Under the pieces are notes generated by a model. The model saw only the letters and a list, made by a program, of their open reading frames with translations. It was not told the origin of the DNA and searched no databases. 64,000 nucleotides of DNA from an uncultured Chthoniobacter sp. (lineage in GTDB: Bacteria; Verrucomicrobiota; Verrucomicrobiia; Chthoniobacterales; Terrimicrobiaceae): contig CAZPEN010000023.1 of the NCBI GenBank assembly GCA_964585615.1, forward strand, positions 1 through 64,000, read 5' to 3'. Both the position numbers and the translations under genes were made by a program. Below, one piece after another: positions 27,952 to 37,677 of this stretch. Every line of letters begins with the position of its first letter. Position 1 is the first letter of the stretch.

Positions 27952-28731
27952 TCAGTTGTCCATGCCGCGTTGCAGCCTGCGATTGCAATACAGGACATCC
28001 ACAACGTTGCGCACATATTGTTCGTCACTGATCCCGTCCGTCGCCTCCGCGGGAAAAACCACCTTGCTGCGAAAATAGGCGGCCAGCTCGGAAAACAACT
28101 CGATGCGGGCGCTCGGATCAAAGTCTTCCCGGCGCAGGAGGGACTGCAGGGCGATGGCTGCATCGCCCGGTCCGATCTGTTGGCGAAGACGGGCTTCCAG
28201 ATGGGGATACTGCCGCAAAGAGTTGTAGCGTCCCGCGACAAGTTGAGCGACATCCGGCTCGGCAATCGCTGGAATTCGAGCAACAATCGTGTTCGCTGCG
28301 ATGTCCCCAAGGCGCTGGAACTTGCGGGAAAACCAGCAGGAGAGGCCTCCCACCGCATAAAAAAGCGGCAGACAATCGACAAAGCGCAGCAGGTTTCTCA
28401 CCACGATCTGGTGAAACTGAAGCTTCAGCCCCTCCGCGTCCACCACCCGGAGCCGGAGGAGTTTTTTTCCAATGGTCTGGCCCCGCCAAAACCATTCAAA
28501 AACCAGGCCATATCCGATCGAAATGGCAAAATACAAAAATGTGTAGACTGCGGCGGCAATATCCCGGCTGACAAACCTCAGGAAGCCGATGAACAGCCCC
28601 GCCAGACTCATCAGGGCCCCGACTGCGGCGAGGTCGATGAGCCAGGCGGCAAAACGCACCACAGGACCGGCCAAAACCTGGGAAAAAACCACGCCTTCCG
28701 GCGTGCGGATGCGAAGAGAACTCGGCTTCAT
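27952..28731 (-). CDS. RDD-family membrane protein
   Basis: WRGQTIGKKLLRLRVVDAEG motif and TM helices. ATG overlaps the upstream TGA (ATGA). Confidence 0.7.
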   Translation of the reverse strand: MKPSSLRIRTPEGVVFSQVLAGPVVRFAAWLIDLAAVGALMSLAGLFIGFLRFVSRDIAAAVYTFLYFAISIGYGLVFEWFWRGQTIGKKLLRLRVVDAEGLKLQFHQIVVRNLLRFVDCLPLFYAVGGLSCWFSRKFQRLGDIAANTIVARIPAIAEPDVAQLVAGRYNSLRQYPHLEARLRQQIGPGDAAIALQSLLRREDFDPSARIELFSELAAYFRSKVVFPAEATDGISDEQYVRNVVDVLYCNRRLQRGMDN

Positions 28732-29723
28732 GCCTTTGGCTTTCCAGTTCCGGATTTCAACAGAAAGAGCGCCAGCAACACGAACTCCACCAAACCAAGG
28801 GTGATCTTGGCCCAATAAGGAAAGACGGGTTCGTGATACTGGGAGAGAAAAGCTTCGACAAATCCCGCCCAAACCAGCAGCAGGGCCACGCCGGTGATCA
28901 ATGTCACCAGATCGGCACCAATGGCGCGCAGGCGAACGGCAAGCGGTTCGCGCCCCCCCCAGCCAATAAGGGCACCGGCCAGAAGCAACCCCGCCTGACC
29001 GGCAATCAGAATGGCGGGAATCTCCACGACCCCGTGCGGAAGGAGCCACCCGAGAAGAAACTCCGTTTGTCCAGCGAGGATGTAATCAAACCCCACCGCA
29101 CCAAGAATCACTCCATTGTAGAAAAGCAGCACCACCGTCCCCACCCCCCAGGTCATTCCAAGTGCCAGGGCCAGAATGGAAACCCTGGTGTTGTGGGTCA
29201 TCAATTGGGTGGAGAAGGAAGCCCGGCCATCCCGGAGCCGATCGTCCTCGGCTGCCTCCTCTTTGGCAACACGCTCTGCGGGATTCTGGAGCAAATGAGG
29301 AAAAGGAGTGATGACTTGCTTGGCCTCGGGGTCAAACGCAATCGCCCCCGCGCCAAAAAAACAGCCGGCAAGCGTAATGCCCACCGCCAGAAAAAATGCA
29401 CGGAGATGACGGCGGAAGGTTTGAGGCAGGGAGCAAAAGAACCAGTGCAGTGGATGCAACCGCGTCTGGTTTCCACGGGTTTCATGAATCTCCCCGTAGG
29501 CGCGGGAGACGAGATTCTCGAGGAATTGCCGGGTTTCGGGTTCCGGATATCCGGCCAAACGAGCAAGATCCGAAGCGCTTCGTTCGTAGAGAAAATGAAA
29601 GCGCTTCACTTCTTCGAGGGAAAGATGCGCATGGGGATCGGTTTCCAGCCGCTGCAGGAACTCTTCCAACTCCCGCCAGCAGGGGCTCCCGGCAGCAATG
29701 AATCGCGGCAGGTCGATAATCAC
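28728..29723 (-). CDS. SpoIIM-like (DUF95) membrane protein; probable GTG start overlapping the upstream stop
   Basis: TM-rich C-terminal half (GVILGAVGFDYILAGQ...LPHGVVEIPAILIAGQAGLLLAG). The longer ORF overlaps the DUF58 gene, so it is trimmed to the GTG at 29723. Confidence 0.55.
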   Translation of the reverse strand: MIIDLPRFIAAGSPCWRELEEFLQRLETDPHAHLSLEEVKRFHFLYERSASDLARLAGYPEPETRQFLENLVSRAYGEIHETRGNQTRLHPLHWFFCSLPQTFRRHLRAFFLAVGITLAGCFFGAGAIAFDPEAKQVITPFPHLLQNPAERVAKEEAAEDDRLRDGRASFSTQLMTHNTRVSILALALGMTWGVGTVVLLFYNGVILGAVGFDYILAGQTEFLLGWLLPHGVVEIPAILIAGQAGLLLAGALIGWGGREPLAVRLRAIGADLVTLITGVALLLVWAGFVEAFLSQYHEPVFPYWAKITLGLVEFVLLALFLLKSGTGKPKA

Positions 29724-31021
29724 AGAATCTGACGTTTTTTGATGTTGAGATATTCCGACACAAGGCGCAGTCCCATGCGTTCGCTGTCGAACAGCATCCA
29801 CTTCGCTCCCCGACGCCGGAGCTGTCGCCCCAGTTCTTCGAGATTGTGCCAGCGCAGGTGGCTGCCCAAGCGCCCGTAAAGATCCTCTGTGTGGGAAACC
29901 GGATCGCAAAACATCGGGAAAATCCCCGATGGACGCATCATTCCAACCATCACCAGATGCTGCCGGGCGACAAGCTCCACGTTGCGCAGAAAACTCCCGG
30001 CAAGCACCGGATCGTCCAGAACCGTGAGAAAAATCACCAGCGAACGACGGCGCAGACGCAGGCGGATGAACGTGCAAACTTCGTCGAAATCCGGATTCAC
30101 CATGCGGGGTTGGATCGCATAAATCGCATCGCGACAGGCCTGATAATGGGAAAAGCCGCTGCGCGCCCGCACAAAATTTTCCACCCGGTCGGAAAAAGAC
30201 AGCAGGCCGAACAAATCACCCTGTTGTTCTGCCGCGAGCCCCAACAACAGAGCCGAGGAAAGGTGTCGCTCGACGGCTTCCTCCCGTGCGCTCAGACGCG
30301 AGGCATCGACCGCAACATACACTTCCTGCGTGCGCTCGATCTGAAAAACCTTGGTGATGGGCTGTCCCCGCCGCGCCGTGGCTTTCCAATGAATGTCCTC
30401 GGACCCGTCGCCGGCAACATACTCGCGAAGTTTCTCGAACTCCCGCCCCTTGCCGATCTGCCGCTGGGCATGAGCGCCAAACGCCCCGCGGAACATCAAA
30501 TCCAGTCCCTTCCGCTCTTTCTGCAAATCCGGATACACCCGAATTTCCCCCCGCAAAGGCAGTCTTGTGCGGATGTTCCAGAATCCCAGGGGAGAAGAAG
30601 CTTCCACATGCACCGCGTGCAGCGGGTAGCTCCCGCGCTTCTCGGGGCGGCAGGCCCACGGCAGCCTGGACCACTCCGCACCGCCCGGCAACGCAACCTC
30701 CACTTCATCGCGGGACACAAAAAATTCACCGGGCAGCGGCAGTGCCACACGCAGCGTGCGCGGACGGCAGTCTGGATTTCGCATTCGAAGTTCGATTTGA
30801 GCATCCTTTTCCAGCCTCAACCGCGAAACAGCGGGCGCATCGAGTCCGATTCCGTTCAACACACCCCGGGAAAGCAGCCCATCCAGAATCACCAGAAACA
30901 CCAGGGCCGCAATCAGCGCGACACCAATCCCAAACGTCGAGGGGTGAACTCCCGCCAACACGGAGAACGGCAGGGCGACCAGCGCAAACCAAAAAAGAAG
31001 GCGGTTGCGCGGGGAGATCAT
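29720..31021 (-). CDS. DUF58-domain protein (vWA-like, MoxR partner)
   Basis: Two N-terminal TM helices. VAGDGSEDIHWKATARRGQPITKVFQIERTQEVYVAVDAS is typical of DUF58. Confidence 0.75.
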   Translation of the reverse strand: MISPRNRLLFWFALVALPFSVLAGVHPSTFGIGVALIAALVFLVILDGLLSRGVLNGIGLDAPAVSRLRLEKDAQIELRMRNPDCRPRTLRVALPLPGEFFVSRDEVEVALPGGAEWSRLPWACRPEKRGSYPLHAVHVEASSPLGFWNIRTRLPLRGEIRVYPDLQKERKGLDLMFRGAFGAHAQRQIGKGREFEKLREYVAGDGSEDIHWKATARRGQPITKVFQIERTQEVYVAVDASRLSAREEAVERHLSSALLLGLAAEQQGDLFGLLSFSDRVENFVRARSGFSHYQACRDAIYAIQPRMVNPDFDEVCTFIRLRLRRRSLVIFLTVLDDPVLAGSFLRNVELVARQHLVMVGMMRPSGIFPMFCDPVSHTEDLYGRLGSHLRWHNLEELGRQLRRRGAKWMLFDSERMGLRLVSEYLNIKKRQIL

Positions 31022-31977
31022 CGCGGCACGGAAACCTGCTCGAGAACATGGGAAACAGACTCGGGAACGGTGACCCCTTCGATCTCAAACTCCGGACGCA
31101 GGATCAGGCGATGTTCCAGCACCGGCAGGGCCATGCTCTTGATGTCATCGGGCGTGACGAAATCCCGTCCGCAAATGGCCGCATTGGCGCGGGCGGCCAG
31201 AATCAGGGCCTGCGTGGCACGCGGTCCGGCACCGACCAGAACATTCTCATGCCGGCGGGTGGCGAGAACGATGTCCACCGCATAGGCCAGGAGCTCCTCG
31301 CTCACAACAATCTCCCGGAGCTGCTCCCTCAAGGTCAGCAGATCCTCATGCCGGATCACGGCCCGCACGGCCCCTCCGGCCAGGGTGGCTTCGGGAGAGT
31401 CCGGGCCAATGGTGCGGCGGGCCAGCAGGAGTTCCTCCGGACGCTCCGGTGCACTCATCGTGATCTTGAGCATGAAGCGATCTTTCTGCGCTTCCGGCAA
31501 CGGGTAGGTGCCTTCGTATTCAATGGGATTCTGTGTCGCGAAAACCGTGAAATTCGCCGGCAGATGATGCGTCTCGCGGTCGATCGTCACCTCCCGCTCC
31601 TGCATCGCCTGGAGCAATGCGGACTGCGTTTTTGCAGGCGCACGATTGATTTCATCCGCAAGCAGAAATGATGTGAAAATCGGGCCGCGCACGAGAGAAA
31701 ATTCGTTGCGCTGGAGGTTGAAGACGTTGGTTCCGGTGATGTCGGACGGCATCAGATCGGGCGTGAACTGGATGCGGGAGAAATCGCATCCGAGCACATG
31801 CGCCAGCGTGCGCACAAGCAGGGTTTTTGCCACGCCCGGCACGCCTTCGATGAGCGCGTGGTGGCCGGTAAAAATGGCGATGAGGGCCTTTTCGATCACA
31901 TCCTGCTGGCCAATGATGACTTTGCCCACCTCGGCGCGGGCATCGGTGAGAACTTCCTTCAAGCGGGTGTTTTCCAT
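31018..31977 (-). CDS. moxR: MoxR-family AAA+ ATPase
   Basis: LIEGVPGVAKTLL Walker A, DEINRAP Walker B, 319 aa. Confidence 0.9.
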   Translation of the reverse strand: MENTRLKEVLTDARAEVGKVIIGQQDVIEKALIAIFTGHHALIEGVPGVAKTLLVRTLAHVLGCDFSRIQFTPDLMPSDITGTNVFNLQRNEFSLVRGPIFTSFLLADEINRAPAKTQSALLQAMQEREVTIDRETHHLPANFTVFATQNPIEYEGTYPLPEAQKDRFMLKITMSAPERPEELLLARRTIGPDSPEATLAGGAVRAVIRHEDLLTLREQLREIVVSEELLAYAVDIVLATRRHENVLVGAGPRATQALILAARANAAICGRDFVTPDDIKSMALPVLEHRLILRPEFEIEGVTVPESVSHVLEQVSVPR

Positions 31978-33209
31978 GATTTTTTGACGGGTTGAATGCT
32001 GGTGTTCTGAGGACCGTGGCGGAGGACGTCACGAATTTTTTGGTAGGCGGCGACAGGATCGCGTCCGCGAACAGGTCGCTCTTCTTCCACGCGGACGATC
32101 TCCTCCACGGCGGATTTTTCACGGGCCGAGACGGTCCGGCCAAAAGATTTCCGCCACTCCTGAAGACAAACGTCAAATACCTGATCCGGGGGAATATTGC
32201 GCCGGAGCAAACCGACAAACCCGGCCGTGGTGTTCCGTCCAACAATGACATCCTCCCGCCCGCTCCCCACCGAGCGGCGGGGCACGAGAGTGGAGGAATT
32301 TTTCCAAATGAAAAGCCCGGCCAACACAAGAAGGGTGGCGACTCCACCAAAGAGCCGGTATTTGCGTACCAGCGCGGCAATGCCGGGGGATTCCATGATC
32401 CCGAAATGGGCTTCATCAAAGACGATGTGCCTGCCGGAACCCACTAGCCAGGCCAACACGGCAGGTTGGCGATCCTTCACCATGGCCTCATTGCTCACAA
32501 AGTAAGAGTCCGTTGCCACCACCACGCTGCCCCGCCCGCGTTTCATCTCGGCCATCACCGGACCTTCCTTGCTCCGATAAAGAACGGTCCACAAGGCGGA
32601 AGGATCTTTGAGGATGGTTTCCCCATGCCATTTCAACTCAAGAGGAAGGCCGTCCGCAGCGACATTTTGCACCGGATATTCCCCGGACCCCTCGGACGGA
32701 ATCACCTCCAGGGACAGCCCCCACTTTTCCCGGAGGCTGACAAATTCCTTTTCCTTTCTCTCTTCCTTTTTTTTCTTTTTTTCCGGAGCCTTCTCCTCGC
32801 CTTCTTTTTTTGACTCTCCGTCCCTTTCCTGCCGGGCCCGCCAGCCCGCATATCCGGGAGCAAGGGTGATGACAAGGCGTCCGCCTTCGAGCAGGAAGCG
32901 GTCAATGACACGAAACGCATCCACCGGCAGCAAGTCCCAGTCACCCGCCCTGGCGGAAAACTGCATATACGTGGTTCCCTTTCCTTCCGGCAGACGATTC
33001 ACCGCGCTGTGGTCGCGGGTTGCCCACACGCCGGGAAGGGTCTGCAGACTTTCGTAAAAGATCATGGTTCCGAGCGGATCGCTGCGCAACGAAGACGACG
33101 GAGGGTAAACATCCCCCCGGTCAAAACGATCTTTGAGCAGGAGAAACAATGTTCCCGCAAAAAGTCCCGCACAGGCAAACAAAAGAATCACGGGAGCATG
33201 CGACTTCAT
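31959..33209 (-). CDS. DUF4350-like exported protein of the MoxR operon
   Basis: Signal/TM N-terminus, a Lys/Glu-rich insert and a C-terminal TM. Assigned by operon position. Confidence 0.45.
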   Translation of the reverse strand: MKSHAPVILLFACAGLFAGTLFLLLKDRFDRGDVYPPSSSLRSDPLGTMIFYESLQTLPGVWATRDHSAVNRLPEGKGTTYMQFSARAGDWDLLPVDAFRVIDRFLLEGGRLVITLAPGYAGWRARQERDGESKKEGEEKAPEKKKKKEERKEKEFVSLREKWGLSLEVIPSEGSGEYPVQNVAADGLPLELKWHGETILKDPSALWTVLYRSKEGPVMAEMKRGRGSVVVATDSYFVSNEAMVKDRQPAVLAWLVGSGRHIVFDEAHFGIMESPGIAALVRKYRLFGGVATLLVLAGLFIWKNSSTLVPRRSVGSGREDVIVGRNTTAGFVGLLRRNIPPDQVFDVCLQEWRKSFGRTVSAREKSAVEEIVRVEEERPVRGRDPVAAYQKIRDVLRHGPQNTSIQPVKKSWKTPA

Positions 33210-34813
33210 TCACTGCCTTTCATTTTTTCCAGATTGGCGGCAAAACACTGCACAAGCCCGGCATTCACCGCGTGAAGGCCATACCAGACTCGCTCGAAGA
33301 CACGGACATTTTCATGAAAGAGAACGGGGATTTCCGGCAGGGAATGCCCGCGCCGTCCGAGTTCCCGTTCATAGTCCCGGTTGGATTTGAACCGGGCAAT
33401 TGTGATGAGTCCACGCGAGGCAAGGTGCGAGAGCCCGGCCAGGTAGAAAGCCCTCAGGGCCGGGCGAAACTCCCCCCTCTCCTGAAGCTGCCGCCCCATT
33501 TTCACCCAGTCGTCTTCGGGAAGATCATCGGCAGAAGTGGTCTCGTCTTCCAGGTCGGGAACGGCGCTGAGGACGGTCCCCGTCACGGAAACGGAGCGCC
33601 GGTGCCTGCGAACGATCCGCATGGTGGTCAGAGCCAGTCCCACCGTAACCAGAGCCAGGACGGAGAAGAGAAAAACATTCTGGAAGGCCATCCACCCGGG
33701 CTCCGGGCCGGGTGAAGACGAGCGACGCTCGCGCGAAAAAATCCAGTCGAAAATCTTCCGAAGAAACTCCGCAAGGACTTCAACCCCCTCCCGAACCACC
33801 CGGAAAACACTCTTGAGAAAACCGGCGAACAACCCACTTTTTTCAACGGTTTTTTCCTCCACACCAACCCGCCATGTATATTTTTCCTGTTGAATGACGC
33901 TGGAGATGGACCGATCCAGCTCAGCTTCGACAACCGGCCTCGGGCGCTGCTCCGCGGAAAGGGCGGAAGACCCAAAACTGAAAAACAGGCAGACCGCCAG
34001 AATGGCCGCAGAACCGGAAAGACGCCGGACTTCCATCCTCAGGTCATCCCCGGACTTCAGGGACTTTCCGTAAAAGCATCTCAGAACAAAGCAAGCCTTG
34101 AACAAAGGATCGACGCTCAAATACGTCAAAACAGCAGTGGCGGCAAAAAATGTGGTGTTCAGCAGGCTCATCGGGCTCTGCGTAAAAACGGATTCCACGC
34201 CGAAAAACATCTTGAGCAGATGAGGTGCAACAAGTCCGAGGGTGATCCAGTTCATGAAGACATAGAGAGCGAACAGGGAGAGAAGTGTCAGCAGCGTATG
34301 ATTTTGCGCCGGCCAGAACCTGGCCTGTTGCCAGGCGCTTCGAACCAGATCCCTCAAACGGGTTTTTCCATCGTCCAACGTGGAAAAATTCTGAAAAAAG
34401 GCATAGGCCCAACCGAAAGGCAGAAAAGCGATCGCAGCAAGGGGCAGCACAACCAGCCCCGCGGAATGACAGATCGTTTGAATGCACAAAGAACGGAAAA
34501 CTCTCCCCGGCGTGAAGACCCCGGGCCTCCCGCCGCGCAACTTCACAAGGAGGCTTGCGGCAAAGCAGGATTGAAAAAACTTCATCCAGATGAACAACAC
34601 GGTCATGGCCAGCGCCGCTCCTCCCAGACGGCTGTTCGCACCGGCCTTCCCGCCAAGATCGGCACAAAAAATCAAGAACCCGGCGGCGAAGGGAACCGAG
34701 CCAAGATAATAAGCCGCCAGGATGCCGGTGGGACAGGAACGCAGGAGAACGAACCCCTCCTCGATCAACTCGACTCCAGACTTGCCGTGTTCGCGCAGAA
34801 ACGCCTTCTTCAT
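33206..34813 (-). CDS. polytopic membrane protein with C-terminal DUF4129-like domain
   Basis: Multiple TM helices. C-terminal KMGRQLQERGEFRPALRAFYLAGLSHLASRGLITIARFKSNRDYEREL resembles DUF4129. Confidence 0.55.
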   Translation of the reverse strand: MKKAFLREHGKSGVELIEEGFVLLRSCPTGILAAYYLGSVPFAAGFLIFCADLGGKAGANSRLGGAALAMTVLFIWMKFFQSCFAASLLVKLRGGRPGVFTPGRVFRSLCIQTICHSAGLVVLPLAAIAFLPFGWAYAFFQNFSTLDDGKTRLRDLVRSAWQQARFWPAQNHTLLTLLSLFALYVFMNWITLGLVAPHLLKMFFGVESVFTQSPMSLLNTTFFAATAVLTYLSVDPLFKACFVLRCFYGKSLKSGDDLRMEVRRLSGSAAILAVCLFFSFGSSALSAEQRPRPVVEAELDRSISSVIQQEKYTWRVGVEEKTVEKSGLFAGFLKSVFRVVREGVEVLAEFLRKIFDWIFSRERRSSSPGPEPGWMAFQNVFLFSVLALVTVGLALTTMRIVRRHRRSVSVTGTVLSAVPDLEDETTSADDLPEDDWVKMGRQLQERGEFRPALRAFYLAGLSHLASRGLITIARFKSNRDYERELGRRGHSLPEIPVLFHENVRVFERVWYGLHAVNAGLVQCFAANLEKMKGSE

Positions 34814-35136
34814 TTTTCCAGCATCTTGAATGTTTTCCAGATCGTTCCCTCGTGAAAGGAACTCGGAATGGCAAGAAGGCTCCTGCCGATGAGAAAAAAG
34901 AAAAACCAGATGAAAACAACGGCAAACAGGCCCAGCAACAGACGTCCGATCCCGTCAAAACGACGCCGGGGGGAAACGGCGGGCGCCAGGAGCCGCCGCA
35001 GACAGTCCGCACAAAGGATGCGCCCATCGTGTTCGGAGACACACTCCCGGCAGAAATACCGTTTGCATTCCGGACAACGGGCAACGGCTTCCCGTTCGGC
35101 GTGATGCCGGCAACGTTGATGGACGAGCGCCCTCAT
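34810..35136 (-). CDS. small zinc-ribbon + TM protein
   Basis: CPECKRYFCRECV...CADC then a hydrophobic segment. ATGA overlap with the upstream gene. Confidence 0.45.
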   Translation of the reverse strand: MRALVHQRCRHHAEREAVARCPECKRYFCRECVSEHDGRILCADCLRRLLAPAVSPRRRFDGIGRLLLGLFAVVFIWFFFFLIGRSLLAIPSSFHEGTIWKTFKMLEK

Positions 35137-35594
35137 GAGGAGCCAGCTTCCCGCTGGGCGGCCATGATGGCCGGGTGCAGTCGCGTCAACATCTTGCGCG
35201 CGGAACGCACCCGATGAAGGGAGGGAAGTTCCAACGTCTGCACCGCCGTGCGCAGCGTACACCGGCACGTCGGTCCCTGAAGATGGTTGATCGCAGCCAT
35301 GAGAAAAAACAGCCCGGCAATGATGCCGAACATCACCGCTCCTTCAACAGGAACAAAAAATGCAGGAACACCAGCAACCAGCCCCAGCAGGCAGAGCACA
35401 AGGGTCATCACCAGACCATTCTTTGTCCGGCAGATGACGATGGCCTGGATATCGCGGTAAAAAAATCTCCTGTAAGATTCGGTGACGCCGTGGGAATAGA
35501 CCAGCAGAAGATGGTCGGCGGATGTCCACAGCGTGGTAGTGAAAAGGAACCGTCCGCTGCGCCCGGGAAGCCGTTTGTAGGGGTGCCTGTCCAT
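35133..35594 (-). CDS. membrane protein, unknown function
   Basis: Two or three TM segments. Confidence 0.4.
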   Translation of the reverse strand: MDRHPYKRLPGRSGRFLFTTTLWTSADHLLLVYSHGVTESYRRFFYRDIQAIVICRTKNGLVMTLVLCLLGLVAGVPAFFVPVEGAVMFGIIAGLFFLMAAINHLQGPTCRCTLRTAVQTLELPSLHRVRSARKMLTRLHPAIMAAQREAGSS

Positions 35595-35597
35595 TGA

Positions 35598-36182
35598 TCA
35601 AAAAATCTTGAAGAGCTTCCCGAAGAACATCCCCCAGGCAAGGGTTTCCACCAACCCAAGCAGGATGGCGAACACGAAGCTCGCCCGACGGGGCCCGGTG
35701 AGACTCGGCGGCCTGCTCCACCCGTAAAGAGCGGCCACCACTGCAAGCGGTCCGGTCACAAACGTCACCGGCCACATGATCAACACCGGCAGCACAGCGA
35801 TCATCAAGGCAATTCCCCCGTAAAGAATACGATCCCCATCAAGGTTCCCGATATGTTTTTTCCCACGCGAAGAACTCATACACCCCGGACACACATGCCG
35901 TCCCTGCAACTCCACATCGCAGAGAGCGCAAAGGAACCGTCCGCAAAGATCGCACACCTGCCGGGCTCGGCTCTGGGGATGATAAAAACACCCCGCATCT
36001 TCCGCCGCGACCACGGCTTCAACCGGACTGCAGACAGGCAATGAACGGGAATAGGCGGGGAAAACCACCCCCTCGAGAAGGCGTCCACACGAAGGGCACG
36101 GGTGCGCAGCCCCGGGCTGCACGAAATCCTCCTGGAGATCGGTCCGGCATTTGGGACAGGACAAATGGACAGGTTCTGTCAC
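35598..36182 (-). CDS. double zinc-ribbon membrane protein
   Basis: CPKCRTDL..CPSCG and CDLCGRFLCALCD...CPGC, then TM helices. Confidence 0.5.
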   Translation of the reverse strand: MTEPVHLSCPKCRTDLQEDFVQPGAAHPCPSCGRLLEGVVFPAYSRSLPVCSPVEAVVAAEDAGCFYHPQSRARQVCDLCGRFLCALCDVELQGRHVCPGCMSSSRGKKHIGNLDGDRILYGGIALMIAVLPVLIMWPVTFVTGPLAVVAALYGWSRPPSLTGPRRASFVFAILLGLVETLAWGMFFGKLFKIF

Positions 36183-36188
36183 AGGCGC

Positions 36189-37262
36189 TCAGGCCGTTGT
36201 GGTCCCCGCGCCTTCTTCGCCGAAGATGTCTTCGTAAAGCCGCGACACCGACGCAAAAGCAATCGGAAGCACGACCAAAATGCCAACACACAAGGCAAGC
36301 AAACCAAGAAGGGACAACATCATCAGGACCGCAAAGAAACCCAGAATCTTCCAAAAGTGGAGGTGAACAACACGGCGGCTCAGTTTCATCGCAGCCGTCG
36401 CATTCAACCCCCGGTCAAGGATGAGCAGGGGGGTGAACATCCAACTAAGAGTAAAATAGAACATCGCCAGCAGGACCGGAACCAGCAGGACAAGCGGAAC
36501 GAACGACAAAATCCCGGGTGTCCCCCCCTCCTTTGATGACACAGAGACGATTGCCGGTATGTAAAGGGCCAGGGGAATGGCACAGACAAGCATCCCCCCA
36601 AGAATGACCGCAGTCACGATGAGCATGTAGATGGCCTGTTGGGCAAAGCCACGACGAAACCCTTCAAACCCATCGTTCAAGGTGGCCGCTTCTCCACGAA
36701 ACTGCTTGAGGAAATACCAGTTCAATCCCGCCATGATCTGAGGTTGGACCAGGAAAACCGCCAGAATCCCGAGAATCGGAATCTGCTGGGAACCGATCAG
36801 AACCAGGTAACACAGCAGGGTGACGCCGAGGCACGGCCAGAAATTTCCCTTCACCAGGTTCCATGTGCGCGACAGCACCGAGCGGATCGTGAAATCATAG
36901 CCGCGCTGCTGGACCAATTTCCAGAGATCCTCGGCATTGATCGTCCGCCCGAAGCTCACCACCCCTTCCTGGAATTTCTGCACGGCCACCGGCTTGCAGG
37001 CACCACAGACGAATCGTCCGGCCAGGGAAATCAACTGGTCCGGAGGGAAAAGCCGGCCGCACTCGGCACAGCGAGACATTCCATGGGCAGGAGGCGGTGG
37101 TGGCAGGTCGAAAATACTGGCATAGGGCACCCATTTTTCCATGCCCTCCTTCCAGATAAGCGTGTCCGCCGCAATGGCACCGGATTGCAGGAGGTTGCCG
37201 AGCGCCGTTTCATCGACCGGGCCGACCTGTGTTTTATCAATTGTCGCGTAAAACCAGTTCAT
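36189..37262 (-). CDS. DUF4339 (GYF-like) domain + zinc-ribbon + polytopic membrane protein
   Basis: N-terminal MNWFYATIDKTQVGPVDETALGNLLQSGAIAADTLIWKEGMEKWVPY is DUF4339-like. CAECGRLF..CGAC. About 5 TM helices. Confidence 0.55.
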   Translation of the reverse strand: MNWFYATIDKTQVGPVDETALGNLLQSGAIAADTLIWKEGMEKWVPYASIFDLPPPPPAHGMSRCAECGRLFPPDQLISLAGRFVCGACKPVAVQKFQEGVVSFGRTINAEDLWKLVQQRGYDFTIRSVLSRTWNLVKGNFWPCLGVTLLCYLVLIGSQQIPILGILAVFLVQPQIMAGLNWYFLKQFRGEAATLNDGFEGFRRGFAQQAIYMLIVTAVILGGMLVCAIPLALYIPAIVSVSSKEGGTPGILSFVPLVLLVPVLLAMFYFTLSWMFTPLLILDRGLNATAAMKLSRRVVHLHFWKILGFFAVLMMLSLLGLLALCVGILVVLPIAFASVSRLYEDIFGEEGAGTTTA

Positions 37263-37482
37263 TTTTTCTGGTGCTCTTTAGTACACTTGAAAAATCCAAA
37301 TGGCCAGCATGGAAATCCAAACAGGCGATCATGGTCAGGGTGTTTTGGCTTGAAGGTCAAGAAGGCCGATAGAGAGAGGAAAAAAGCTATCCTGAACTTC
37401 GAGGGAGAAAAACGCCGCAAAGCCGCAAGGGCACTTGAGTCGTGGTCTTTTTTTGCTTCACTATGTCGACATGTGAACATAA

Positions 37483-37677
37483 TTGCTTCATGCGCTGGCA
37501 ATGGTAGCCATGTTCATCGAATCGGTCCGCCCCCCCCACAAAGACGCCCCCACTCTGCGCCTGATCAAAAAGGCCGGTGCCAAAGTCCTCTTCCTGCCCG
37601 CCTGCTCCCCGGACCTCAACCCCATTGAAACACAGGGGCCCGTTGCGAGGGCTCGCGTCAGGGATGATTTTTCCTGA
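37483..37677 (+). mobile_element. remnant of an IS630/Tc1-mariner family transposase (C-terminal DDE fragment)
   Basis: KAGAKVLFLPACSPDLNPIE matches the conserved LPPYSPDLNPIE region of IS630 transposases. Only about 60 aa present, no upstream transposase ORF. Confidence 0.55.
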
